Origin: an uncultured Hellea sp.
Lineage (GTDB): Bacteria > Pseudomonadota > Alphaproteobacteria > Caulobacterales > Maricaulaceae
DNA: 64,000 nucleotides
Reading direction: 5' to 3'
NCBI GenBank assembly: GCA_938007935.1
Contig: CALLMD010000013.1
Location: forward strand, 20,912 to 84,911
The translations under genes and the position numbers were made by a program. The notes beneath the pieces were generated by a model. It had not been told where the DNA came from. It did no database searches and saw nothing but the letters and a program-made list of their open reading frames with translations. Position 1 is the first letter of the stretch. The number at the start of each line of letters is the position of its first letter. Shown in pieces: positions 43,566-52,877 of the stretch.

Positions 43566-44504
43566 ATGACAAGCGCAATTATGAGCCCCGTTTTAAACGA
43601 TAAAAAAAATTCCGACGATAAAGCTGGCATCATCGCTGGAATTATCGCCTATACAATTTGGGGCGCGTTTCCGATCTATTTCGTTTTAACCCGCATGGTA
43701 CCTGCAACGGAAATGGTTGCCCATCGTGTGTTATGGTCCGTTCCCTTCGGACTGCTTATTATCTTACTCAGACGGCAAATTCCTGATGTATGGGCAGCTT
43801 TAAAAAAACCTAAAACAGTCGCCTTATTGGCGCTTGCGGCGATCTCACTCGCCATAAATTGGGGCATTTACATCTGGGCCATCCAACAAGACCAAATTTT
43901 TCAAGGTAGCCTCGGATATTATATCAACCCTCTCATTTATGTCTTGGTCGGCGTTGTATTTTTCAAAGATAAACTATCCCGCCTTCAAGGACTTTCTATT
44001 CTAATGGCCCTTATAGGGGTTTTAATTTTAACGGCGTATGGCGGAGTTTTTCCGATAATTTCATTTCTCCTTGCCATCAGCTTTACCTGTTACGGTGTTA
44101 TCAGAAAACAAGTTGACATTGGCGCGATGCCGGGCCTCTTCATTGAGACAATCTTATTGATAATTCCAGCTCTCGCTTTCATGATATGGCTATCGAAAAC
44201 AGGGCAATTACAATTTGGCCAACTTGGCACCCAAACTGACATCCTGTTAATGCTGGCAGGGCCGATAACCGTTCTACCGCTCCTCGCCTTTGCCTTCGCC
44301 GCGCGGCGCATGACCCTCTCGACCCTAGGCATTCTTCAATATATCGGGCCAACGCTTCAATTTGGCTGTGGTCTCTATTTCGGTGAAAGCTTCACTTTAG
44401 CGCATGCTTTGTGCTTTAGTTTCATATGGGTAGGTATTTTTATTTATAGCTATGATGCCTTACGCAAACATCGGGATTCAAAACTATCAATGAGTAAATT
44501 GTAG
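43566..44504 (+). CDS. rarD: EamA/RarD family transporter
   Basis: AHRVLWS, INWGIYIWA, SLGYYINPL, LGILQYIGPT. Confidence 0.92.
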   Translation: MTSAIMSPVLNDKKNSDDKAGIIAGIIAYTIWGAFPIYFVLTRMVPATEMVAHRVLWSVPFGLLIILLRRQIPDVWAALKKPKTVALLALAAISLAINWGIYIWAIQQDQIFQGSLGYYINPLIYVLVGVVFFKDKLSRLQGLSILMALIGVLILTAYGGVFPIISFLLAISFTCYGVIRKQVDIGAMPGLFIETILLIIPALAFMIWLSKTGQLQFGQLGTQTDILLMLAGPITVLPLLAFAFAARRMTLSTLGILQYIGPTLQFGCGLYFGESFTLAHALCFSFIWVGIFIYSYDALRKHRDSKLSMSKL

Positions 44505-44505
44505 T

Positions 44506-44769
44506 TTATCCAAAATCTGTCTTATTGGCCATGAACCACCCTAGTATATATAGTGTAAACATAATGAGCAGCTGTAAAATCAGCAAAAAAGCGCCATCTA
44601 GGATCATATTTTGATCAGGGGCATGCACCTGTGTTTTTAGCGCGCGGCGGCGCTGAGAGGCGAAAATTATAGTTCCTAAAACAGCTGAAACCGCAACAAC
44701 GCCGATATGAATGGCGTTATATCCTGCCAAAAAGCAGGCGAAAATCAGGAGATACCCAAGATATTTCAT
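44506..44769 (-). CDS. Small hypothetical membrane protein
   Basis: 87 aa with 2-3 hydrophobic segments; fills the gap and appears co-transcribed with the RNA methyltransferase. Confidence 0.6.
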   Translation of the reverse strand: MKYLGYLLIFACFLAGYNAIHIGVVAVSAVLGTIIFASQRRRALKTQVHAPDQNMILDGAFLLILQLLIMFTLYILGWFMANKTDFG

Positions 44770-44794
44770 AGTTATATAGCCTTCTACTCTTATT

Positions 44795-45595
44795 TTAGGG
44801 CTTTTGCCCGCGTCCGCGCCCTTTGGCGAGGGCTTTGATAATGCCGCGCATGGTTTTGACTTCTTGAGCGGTTAATTTGGCCCGCGTAAAGGGGGCGCGG
44901 ATATTTTGCGACATTAAGGCCCGCTTTTCATGCGGAAAAAAGAAGCCCGCAATGGTGAGTTCATCCTCAAGATGTTCAAACATTCTGATTAAATCTTCTC
45001 TTTGCGCGATAGTTCCTATGTCTTTTGGGAATATTTCTGGCGGAGGCGCGCCTTCTGCACTGGCCCAGATATAAGCAAAGACATTGACAGCTTGTGCCAA
45101 ATTCAAGGACTGAAAGGCAGGGTTTATAGGATAGGTCAAAATCGCATCTGCCAAAACAACATCGGCATTGGTCAGACCAGCCTTTTCCGGCCCAAATAGA
45201 ATGCCTGTCGCCGTATTCTCTCTAGCATAAGCCCGTAAAGCAGGGCCAACATCATCCGTCCCGATCACTGGGATTTCCATTTCCCTACGCCGCGCCGTTG
45301 CAGCCAGAACATATTTAAGGTCAGCCACGGCCTCAGCCGTCGTCTCATACACTTTCGCTTGCTGAAGGACGGGTAGCGCGCCTGCCGCCATCGCGTCCGC
45401 TGCCGGATTCGGCCAGCCATCGCGCGGGGCGACCAAGCGAAGTTCCGTCAGGCCAAAATTCAACATAGCCCGGCAAGCCGCGCCAATATTCTCGCCTAAT
45501 TGCGTTTTGACGAGGATAACGGCGGGGGGCCTCCCCTCATCTTTAGAATTTACAATACGGCCAAGCTGATCTTTGACTGTTTTTCCCATCTTCAC
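44795..45595 (-). CDS. trmJ: SPOUT RNA methyltransferase (TrmJ/LasT family)
   Basis: GENIGAACRAMLNFG, LFGPEKAGL, SLNLAQAV. Confidence 0.88.
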   Translation of the reverse strand: MKMGKTVKDQLGRIVNSKDEGRPPAVILVKTQLGENIGAACRAMLNFGLTELRLVAPRDGWPNPAADAMAAGALPVLQQAKVYETTAEAVADLKYVLAATARRREMEIPVIGTDDVGPALRAYARENTATGILFGPEKAGLTNADVVLADAILTYPINPAFQSLNLAQAVNVFAYIWASAEGAPPPEIFPKDIGTIAQREDLIRMFEHLEDELTIAGFFFPHEKRALMSQNIRAPFTRAKLTAQEVKTMRGIIKALAKGRGRGQKP

Positions 45596-45665
45596 TCTTT
45601 TAAAATATGCCTACGGGTGTTAGACCGCGCCAAATCAAGAAATCTGACCGCTTACAGAGGTAATT

Positions 45666-46877
45666 ATGGCTAAAATCAAGGTAAATAATCCAGTCGTCGA
45701 CATGAATGGCGATGAGATGACACGTATCATCTGGGATATGATTAAAGAACGGCTTATTCTGCCTTATCTAGATATCGAGCTTTTGGACTATGATTTGTCA
45801 ATCCAAAGCCGTGACGCCACAAATGACCAAATCACGATTGATGCCGCCAACGCCATCAAAAAGCACAATGTCGGCATTAAATGCGCGACCATTACGCCTG
45901 ATGAGCAGCGCGTCGAAGAATTTGACCTCAAGAAGATGTGGCGTAGCCCAAATGGCACCATCCGAAACATTCTTGGCGGCGTTGTTTTCCGTGAGCCGAT
46001 TATCTGCTCAAATGTGCCGCGCCTTGTACCGGGCTGGACTCAGCCTATCGTTATTGGCCGTCATGCCTTTGGGGATCAATATAAAGCCACTGACTTCCTT
46101 GTGCCGGGCAAAGGCAAGCTAACTATGAAATGGGAAGGCGAGAACGGCGAGAAAATCGAAGAAGAAGTCTTTGATTTCCCGGAAGCTGGTGTCGCCATGG
46201 GTATGTATAACCTTGACCAATCTATACGTGATTTCGCGCGCGCTTCATTTAATTACGGCATTACGCGCAAATGGCCTGTTTACCTGTCTACCAAAAACAC
46301 CATCTTGAAGAAATATGATGGGCGCTTCAAAGATCTCTTCCAAGAAGTCTATGATAATGAGTTCGCGGATAAGTTCGCAGAATTTGGCGGAGAATATCAG
46401 CACCGTCTTATTGACGATATGGTCGCAGCAGCGATGAAATGGTCTGGTGGATATATCTGGGCCTGTAAGAATTATGACGGCGACGTTCAGTCCGATACGG
46501 TTGCGCAGGGCTTTGGCTCTTTGGGCCTCATGACATCTTTCTTGCTCACACCTGATGGCAAAACAATGGAAGCTGAAGCGGCGCATGGCACGGTGACACG
46601 TCATTACCGCAACCACCAAAAAGGCGAGAGCACATCGACGAACTCAACGGCCTCTATTTTTGCATGGACACGCGGCCTCGCCCACCGCGCCAAAGTTGAC
46701 GATAATGAAGCGCTTATGAAATTTTCTACAGGCCTCGAAAAAACCGTTATCGATACCATCGAAGGCGGTCAAATGACCAAAGACCTGGCACTTCTTGTGG
46801 GCGACCAACAAGGTTGGCTCACAACAACAGGTTACCTCGAAGCCATTGCTGAAAACTTCGAACGCAAAATGACATAA
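45666..46877 (+). CDS. icd: NADP-dependent isocitrate dehydrogenase
   Basis: [46 protein letters not shown]. Confidence 0.98.
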   Translation: MAKIKVNNPVVDMNGDEMTRIIWDMIKERLILPYLDIELLDYDLSIQSRDATNDQITIDAANAIKKHNVGIKCATITPDEQRVEEFDLKKMWRSPNGTIRNILGGVVFREPIICSNVPRLVPGWTQPIVIGRHAFGDQYKATDFLVPGKGKLTMKWEGENGEKIEEEVFDFPEAGVAMGMYNLDQSIRDFARASFNYGITRKWPVYLSTKNTILKKYDGRFKDLFQEVYDNEFADKFAEFGGEYQHRLIDDMVAAAMKWSGGYIWACKNYDGDVQSDTVAQGFGSLGLMTSFLLTPDGKTMEAEAAHGTVTRHYRNHQKGESTSTNSTASIFAWTRGLAHRAKVDDNEALMKFSTGLEKTVIDTIEGGQMTKDLALLVGDQQGWLTTTGYLEAIAENFERKMT

Positions 46878-46897
46878 GCTACCGAAAAAACCATTTC

Positions 46898-46925
46898 AAA
46901 GCCCGCCCTTACGGCGGGCTTTTTT
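46898..46925 (+). terminator. Intrinsic terminator of icd
   Basis: AAAGCCCGCC-cttac-GGCGGGCTTT followed by TTT. Confidence 0.9.
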
Positions 46926-46940
46926 ATGCTAAGAAGCCCT

Positions 46941-47198
46941 ATGAAAAGCTTTCTTCTCACCTCTCTTATCGGCTCGTTTATCTTGACCCTCGCCCTTAAC
47001 TTACTACCCGCATTATTTCCAAATGCAGCGGCCAAGGCAGAGCGCAAAATTGTTGATAAAATGCAGGAGTCGCATGAGAATAGAGTTGACCCAAGCACAC
47101 CTAAAGTCCGTGTCTTCTTTCCTTGGAAAGCCATGCTATTGATATCAATAGGTCTAACTATTGCTGTAAATCTGGTCGGGTTTATTTCACGATTATAA
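46941..47198 (+). CDS. Small hypothetical membrane protein
   Basis: Two hydrophobic segments flanking KVRVFFPWK; start uncertain (46926 or 46941). Confidence 0.6.
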   Translation: MKSFLLTSLIGSFILTLALNLLPALFPNAAAKAERKIVDKMQESHENRVDPSTPKVRVFFPWKAMLLISIGLTIAVNLVGFISRL

Positions 47199-47242
47199 TT
47201 GACTGCTTTATGACTGGATTAATTACCCAAAGCCCTTAAAGT

Positions 47243-48460
47243 TTGCGTGTGGACATTTTACAAAATATCTTACCGGATTTAACCCAAACCCAATGGCTGG
47301 GCCACGGGTTTATTTTCTTTTTAAATATCACCCTGTTCCTTTTGGCGCGACCGCTGTTAAATTTGATAGCGCCAGATCAGAATAATGAGTCTAAGATAAA
47401 AATTTTCAGAGCCCTGAATATCTTTGTCTTATTGCTTCATATTCTTGACTTGGTCCTATCAGGGACAAGCAGTAATTATCGTCATTATTTTATCAATCTC
47501 GGTTATAGCCTGATGGTTATTTATGCGGGTATGATTGCCTTTAGTTTCTTGGGTACATTATCCAAGAAAAGATTTGGCCGTGAACGCATGGTCGATCAAA
47601 AGAAAATTTATAGCGAAACTTATAGTACGCGCCTCGTCAACCTTATCCTTCTTGTCATTATTGTTGTAACAACAATTTATGCGCTGATTATGATTTGGGG
47701 CGCAAATAGTCTTTTGGAAACAACAGGAATATTTGGACTACTTATGGCCTTTCTTGCCTTTACCAGTAGCGTCTGGGCCCCTGACATTATTAGCGGTCTC
47801 ATTATACTCAATAGTGAAAGCATAGAAGATGGAGATGTAGTCGTCATTGATGGACACGCAAATGAATATGTCATTAGCCGCGTCACATTAATCTATGTCA
47901 TTCTTTATGACATTCGTAATAATCACCGCACCCTTATGCGCAATAGCTTATTTACCAGCCACCGTGTTGATAACCTTAGCCGCGTGGCCAGCACCAAGGG
48001 TGTAAGACAGGCACTAACTTATAAAATCGGATATCCTAAATTTACAGGCAGCAAAGATGATCGCGCATCCCAACTCGCCGAATTTAAAGAGACAATCGAT
48101 AAACTTTTCTTGGGCGCGGAAGAGAGCTGCAAAGAAAATGACAATGTCAAAATCAATGAAAACGCACCCTTTGAATGGGCTCTGACAAATGCGGGGGATT
48201 ACGCCCTAGAATACACGCTTTGGATATATTTGGAACGCATTCCCAGTACAAAAATCACAACAACCCTGCGCAAGCATTTGATGGGAACAATTAATAAGGT
48301 CAATGAAGCTGTTTATACATCTTCCATATTAGAAAATGTTGATCTTTCAACCCCAGATGTCCTGCAAGCTAATATTGAAATGCATCAGCCCCAACCAGGC
48401 CCAAAGCCGTCTAAACGCACGACGTTGAAACCTTCCCATGAAACCGCCTCCATCTCATAA
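47243..48460 (+). CDS. MscS-like mechanosensitive channel family protein
   Basis: Several N-terminal TMs, then DIISGLIIL..ESIEDGDVVVIDG and a soluble beta domain; GTG start. Confidence 0.72.
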   Translation: MRVDILQNILPDLTQTQWLGHGFIFFLNITLFLLARPLLNLIAPDQNNESKIKIFRALNIFVLLLHILDLVLSGTSSNYRHYFINLGYSLMVIYAGMIAFSFLGTLSKKRFGRERMVDQKKIYSETYSTRLVNLILLVIIVVTTIYALIMIWGANSLLETTGIFGLLMAFLAFTSSVWAPDIISGLIILNSESIEDGDVVVIDGHANEYVISRVTLIYVILYDIRNNHRTLMRNSLFTSHRVDNLSRVASTKGVRQALTYKIGYPKFTGSKDDRASQLAEFKETIDKLFLGAEESCKENDNVKINENAPFEWALTNAGDYALEYTLWIYLERIPSTKITTTLRKHLMGTINKVNEAVYTSSILENVDLSTPDVLQANIEMHQPQPGPKPSKRTTLKPSHETASIS

Positions 48461-48893
48461 TTCTGAGATCAATAGGCTTGTCATAAAGCCTAACCTTTCT
48501 ATTCCTCTCTCTGAGATCGAGATGAGCGCGATACGCGCTCAGGGACCGGGCGGGCAAAATGTCAATAAAGTTTCTTCCGCCATCCATTTGCGTTTTGATA
48601 TTCAAGCCTCTTCGCTTTTAGAAGGTCATAAGGCGCGTCTCATGAATTTCCGTGACAAGCGCATTAGTGATAACGGCATTATCGTTATCAAAGCCCAAAA
48701 CCACCGTACACAAGAGCGAAATAAAGCCGAAGCCTTAGACAGGCTCCAAGATATTCTCAAAAAAGCTTTGCATGTTCCCAAATATCGCCGCCCCACAAAG
48801 CCAAGCTACGGGGCAGTCAAACGCCGCCTTAAGAAAAAGGCCGAACGCAGCGCCATAAAATCATCTCGGGGGAAAATACGCGACTTTGATTAA
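48438..48893 (+). CDS. arfB: Ribosome rescue peptidyl-tRNA hydrolase ArfB
   Basis: GPGGQNVNKV, RTQERNK, basic tail RRPTKPS...KKKAERS; start uncertain. Confidence 0.93.
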   Translation: MKPPPSHNSEINRLVIKPNLSIPLSEIEMSAIRAQGPGGQNVNKVSSAIHLRFDIQASSLLEGHKARLMNFRDKRISDNGIIVIKAQNHRTQERNKAEALDRLQDILKKALHVPKYRRPTKPSYGAVKRRLKKKAERSAIKSSRGKIRDFD

Positions 48894-49005
48894 ACGCTTT
48901 TCTTCGTGGCGAAATAGCGCACATCCTTTATCTTTGCCCTCGCGTATTAGCCTATGAAACAGCGCTCTTCTGGTTTACAAATGGCGCGACTTAAGGATTT
49001 CGACT

Positions 49006-49212
49006 ATGCTTATTCTCTGGATATTGACGGCGCTTGCTTTTCTCTTTGTATTACTCAGCCTTATCATGGGCGCAAAGAATATGGGCGGGAAAACCGAAGC
49101 CGCGCGTGAGCTCTCTAATACATGGATGCGCCGCCGCGTCGTTGGTCAAGCCGCCGCTGTTCTCCTTTTACTCTTAACTGTCTATATCCAAGCCAAGCAA
49201 CGGGGCCAATAA
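49006..49212 (+). CDS. HIG1/twin-transmembrane-helix small protein
   Basis: SNTWMRRRV..Q motif between two TM segments. Confidence 0.8.
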   Translation: MLILWILTALAFLFVLLSLIMGAKNMGGKTEAARELSNTWMRRRVVGQAAAVLLLLLTVYIQAKQRGQ

Positions 49213-49788
49213 TTGGTAAAACTCAATAAAATCTACACCCGTACAGGGGATGACGGCACAACAGGATTAGTTGACGGCTCACGCCTGTCTAAAAACGATA
49301 TTCGCGTGCGGGCCTATGGTGATGTTGATGAGACAAATAGTGTTATAGGCCTCGTGCGTCTAAACTTGGAAAGCCGCCGCCTCGATGATATGTTGGCGCG
49401 AATTCAAAATGATCTTTTTGATCTTGGCGCAGACCTCGCAACCCCATTGCCCGCCGACGGTGAAATCGATAGCGAATACGCCCTGCGTATGGTGGACGAA
49501 CAATCTACGCGGCTTGAAACAGAACTTGATGCCTTAAATGCTGACCTTGAACCGCTGACAAGCTTTGTTCTTCCCGGCGGCTCCCCGCCCGCAGCCTATT
49601 TACATCAAGCCCGCACAGTCTGCCGGCGCGCTGAACGTGTCTGTGTGGCACTGGCTTCCGAGCAACCCGTCAACCCTGCCGCGCTAACATATTTAAACAG
49701 ATTATCTGATTTTCTTTTCGTTGCGGCGCGTTGGTGCAATGACCAAGGCCAAAGCGATGTGAAATGGATACCTGGAGCTAATAGGTAA
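49213..49788 (+). CDS. PduO-type ATP:cob(I)alamin adenosyltransferase
   Basis: KIYTRTGDDGTT, YGDVDETNS, FVLPGG, RTVCRRAER, YLNRLSD; TTG start. Confidence 0.95.
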   Translation: MVKLNKIYTRTGDDGTTGLVDGSRLSKNDIRVRAYGDVDETNSVIGLVRLNLESRRLDDMLARIQNDLFDLGADLATPLPADGEIDSEYALRMVDEQSTRLETELDALNADLEPLTSFVLPGGSPPAAYLHQARTVCRRAERVCVALASEQPVNPAALTYLNRLSDFLFVAARWCNDQGQSDVKWIPGANR

Positions 49789-49789
49789 A

Positions 49790-50395
49790 TTAAGCTCCCG
49801 TCTTAAGATACTGTTTGATACGTGATGAAATGTCCAAAACCGAAGAGCGTCCTGTAAAAATATCCAGAAACGTTCCCGTATCGTCCATAAAATAAATAAT
49901 ATCTGAATGGTCAACGGTATAATCAGCGGCGCTGTCTGGTGTTTTCACCTTCTGAGAATAAACTTTAAAGGCTGCCTTGGCCGCATCAATTTGCGCCTGC
50001 GTGCCCGTCAACCCTGTTAGATTCTCAGGGAAACCATTGGCCGTGACATAAAGCTTGAGGCTTTCTGGTGTATCACGTTCAGGGTCCACACTAATGAAAA
50101 TGTAATTTAGCTTGTCTGCTTTACGGTCCAGCTGGGCCTGTACAGCGCCCATTTTTTGCAAAGCGGTCGGACATATATCAGGGCAATATGAAAACCCAAA
50201 ATAAATCAATTGCGGCTTACCCTCAAAAGTAGCCTGAGTTTGGATAATGCCGTCTTGATTAACGAGCATATAGTCGCCGCCAATATCGGCCTCACCTGAA
50301 ACCACTGTTTTACCCACCCGCGCTGTGGGTTCAGTGCAACTCGCTAGCCCTAAAATAAACAAGGCGGACATCATTAAATTTATCATGGCTTTCAT
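49790..50395 (-). CDS. senC: SCO/SenC copper chaperone
   Basis: FGFSYCPDICP, SVDPERDT, YTVDHS. Confidence 0.93.
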   Translation of the reverse strand: MKAMINLMMSALFILGLASCTEPTARVGKTVVSGEADIGGDYMLVNQDGIIQTQATFEGKPQLIYFGFSYCPDICPTALQKMGAVQAQLDRKADKLNYIFISVDPERDTPESLKLYVTANGFPENLTGLTGTQAQIDAAKAAFKVYSQKVKTPDSAADYTVDHSDIIYFMDDTGTFLDIFTGRSSVLDISSRIKQYLKTGA

Positions 50396-50424
50396 ATGGC
50401 TTATCTCGTCTCTATAATGGCGTT

Positions 50425-51786
50425 ATGACATCGCTAGAAATATCAACTACACCAGACTTGGATATAGAGGCCGCTCCCGTCAAGTTACCATCTGACGCAC
50501 CTTTCAAACTTCGCGCAAACACTTCGGGACAGTTGCGGCGTAGTACCTTGGTTCAACTCAGATGGGCGGCAATTTTTGGACAAACAACGGCGCTTTTAAT
50601 AGTCTCACAAGTATTAGAATACCAATATCCCGTATGGCCGTGTATTGCGATTATTGCGTTAAGCGTTCTCGTAAACATCGTGACAACATCAGCTTATGAG
50701 CTTGATCGCCGCGTCGGCGACCGCGAGGCGGGCATGCAGCTTGGGTTTGATTTATTACAGCTCGCGGCGCTGCTTTGGATGACTGGCGGCATGAGCAATC
50801 CATTTGTGCTTCTTATTTTGGCCCCCGTTGTAACAAGCGCGACGACTTTGAACAAAAAGGTTCTTTTCACGCTTGGCTTCTTGGCCACGGGATTATCTTA
50901 TGCGCTTCTTTTTACCTTCCAACCTCTGCCATGGGACCCCGTAGGTAGTTTCACTCTGCCTTTTACTTTCCGGGTCGGTGTCTGGATAGCGATTTTAGTC
51001 GGCAGCGCTTTTACCTCACTCTATGCATGGCGCGTGACCCGTGAAAGCAGGAATATGTCAGACGCTTTGGCGGCAACAGAGGCTGTCCTTGCCCATGAGC
51101 AAAAACTTTCAGCCCTTGGCGGCATGGCCGCCGCCGCAGCACATGAGCTTGGCACCCCTTTGGCCACCATCCAAGTCACCGCAAAAGAAATGTCGCGCGA
51201 ACTCGACCCCAAGACACCTTTGGGTGAAGACGCGGCGCTTATGCTTACCCAAGCAAAACGATGCCGCGATATTCTTGAGCAGCTTTCTATGCGCGGCGAT
51301 GAAGGTGACGCTATACATGACAGTCTCTCCCTTGAAGATTTGCTCGAAGAAGCTGCTGAGCCCTACATCACATTTGGCAAAGATATTTCTATTAATCTAA
51401 GAGGCGAAGGCGCGGCTCCAACCCTGCGGCGGCAAGCAGAACTTTTATATGGGCTTAAAAACTTCATCGAAAATGCAGTCGATTTTGCCAAAGACACCGT
51501 TGAACTTAACGGGAGCTGGGACGAACAAAAATTGACCGTCAATATTGATGACAATGGAGCGGGTTTTGACCCGACAATTAAAGGCCGTCTGGGCCAACCT
51601 TATGTCAGCAAACGCAGCCGACCCAAACAGGTCGATGAGCTTGCAGGGGGGCTTGGTCTTGGCGTTTTTATCGCAACAACATTGATTGAACGCACAGGCG
51701 GCAAGGTCAATTTCGGCCATAGTCCGCTTGGAGGGGCGCAAATCCGCATAGTCTGGCCACGCAAAAATACAGAGCTATTTCTCTAG
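50425..51786 (+). CDS. regB: Redox sensor kinase RegB/PrrB/ActS
   Basis: GGMSNPF quinone-binding motif, AAAAAHELGTPL H-box, redox Cys in KRCRDIL, GLGLG. Confidence 0.93.
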   Translation: MTSLEISTTPDLDIEAAPVKLPSDAPFKLRANTSGQLRRSTLVQLRWAAIFGQTTALLIVSQVLEYQYPVWPCIAIIALSVLVNIVTTSAYELDRRVGDREAGMQLGFDLLQLAALLWMTGGMSNPFVLLILAPVVTSATTLNKKVLFTLGFLATGLSYALLFTFQPLPWDPVGSFTLPFTFRVGVWIAILVGSAFTSLYAWRVTRESRNMSDALAATEAVLAHEQKLSALGGMAAAAAHELGTPLATIQVTAKEMSRELDPKTPLGEDAALMLTQAKRCRDILEQLSMRGDEGDAIHDSLSLEDLLEEAAEPYITFGKDISINLRGEGAAPTLRRQAELLYGLKNFIENAVDFAKDTVELNGSWDEQKLTVNIDDNGAGFDPTIKGRLGQPYVSKRSRPKQVDELAGGLGLGVFIATTLIERTGGKVNFGHSPLGGAQIRIVWPRKNTELFL

Positions 51787-51835
51787 AAATAAAGCCTGAT
51801 TGCCTTTATATACGTATGAGAGTAGAGGAATAATC

Positions 51836-52381
51836 ATGACCGACTACAACATCCCCGAAGACAATACCCTAATGATATTAGATGATGACGGACCTTTTCG
51901 TAATCGTCTTGGACGCGCGCTGGAACATCGCGGCTTTACGGTACAGCTTGTTGAAACCGTGGCAGAAGCCAAAGCGGTCGCCCAATCTAATCCGCCTGCT
52001 TTCGCCGTATTGGATATGCGCCTTGAAGATGGCAATGGGCTGGATGTCATTGATAAAATTCACGAAACACGCCCTGACTGTAAGATGGTCATGCTAACGG
52101 GCTATGGTAATTTAGCGACGGCCGTTTCCGCGGTAAAACGCGGCGCAGTTGATTATCTGGCTAAGCCCGCTGATGCAGATGATGTTTGCAAAGCACTGCT
52201 CGCCACACAAGGCGCAGCACCAGAGCCGCCTGAAAACCCGATGTCGGCCGACCGTGTGCGCTGGGAACATATTCAGCGTGTTTATGAGCTTTGTGGTAAG
52301 AATGTGTCTGAGACAGCAAGGCGGCTTAATATGCACCGCCGTACATTACAGAGAATTCTCGCAAAACGCGCGCCGCGCTAG
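51836..52381 (+). CDS. regA: Response regulator RegA/PrrA/ActR
   Basis: PENPMSADRVRWEHIQRVYELC..NVSETARRLNMHRRTLQRILAKRAPR; start revised to ATG 51836. Confidence 0.96.
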   Translation: MTDYNIPEDNTLMILDDDGPFRNRLGRALEHRGFTVQLVETVAEAKAVAQSNPPAFAVLDMRLEDGNGLDVIDKIHETRPDCKMVMLTGYGNLATAVSAVKRGAVDYLAKPADADDVCKALLATQGAAPEPPENPMSADRVRWEHIQRVYELCGKNVSETARRLNMHRRTLQRILAKRAPR

Positions 52382-52794
52382 TTTTGCTGCGGGAAGAGGC
52401 CAAATAAACGATCGCCAAAACTCTCGCCAATGGCTGCAACTTCATTTCCGGCTTCGGTCATACTCATAACGCCTATGCGCTCACTTAGAGTTTCTAGCAT
52501 ACCCATTGGGATGTTTTCATAAGCCATTGACCAATCATCAAAGCTTCTTTCTGAAATCTTTCCGCGGTGTAAAAGTTCTATATCTTTATGCCGCTTATCA
52601 TGCTCAATAGCCCCATAAAGCGCATCTATGACAGCCTCCTCAGCTTCTAAAAGCTGAATGAACATCTTTCCGTCAAAACAAAGCATACCGGTAATGTCTA
52701 ATTTCGCATTTTTACGGCGAGCAACTTCAAGAATGGCCTTAACATCGACCGTTTCAGTTGCGGGCACACTTGTATAAATAAGTTCAACCAGCAT
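52378..52794 (-). CDS. Stand-alone BLUF blue-light photoreceptor
   Basis: LIYTS (Tyr), RRKN..LDITGML, FIQLLE (Gln), DKRH, RSFDDWSM. Confidence 0.9.
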   Translation of the reverse strand: MLVELIYTSVPATETVDVKAILEVARRKNAKLDITGMLCFDGKMFIQLLEAEEAVIDALYGAIEHDKRHKDIELLHRGKISERSFDDWSMAYENIPMGMLETLSERIGVMSMTEAGNEVAAIGESFGDRLFGLFPQQN

Positions 52795-52877
52795 TATATG
52801 TTTTCTCTATTTCGAGCCATCATGCTTTGACATTGTATCTAATCAGTGCGAATTTGAAACAAAATTAAAGGGGAAAT

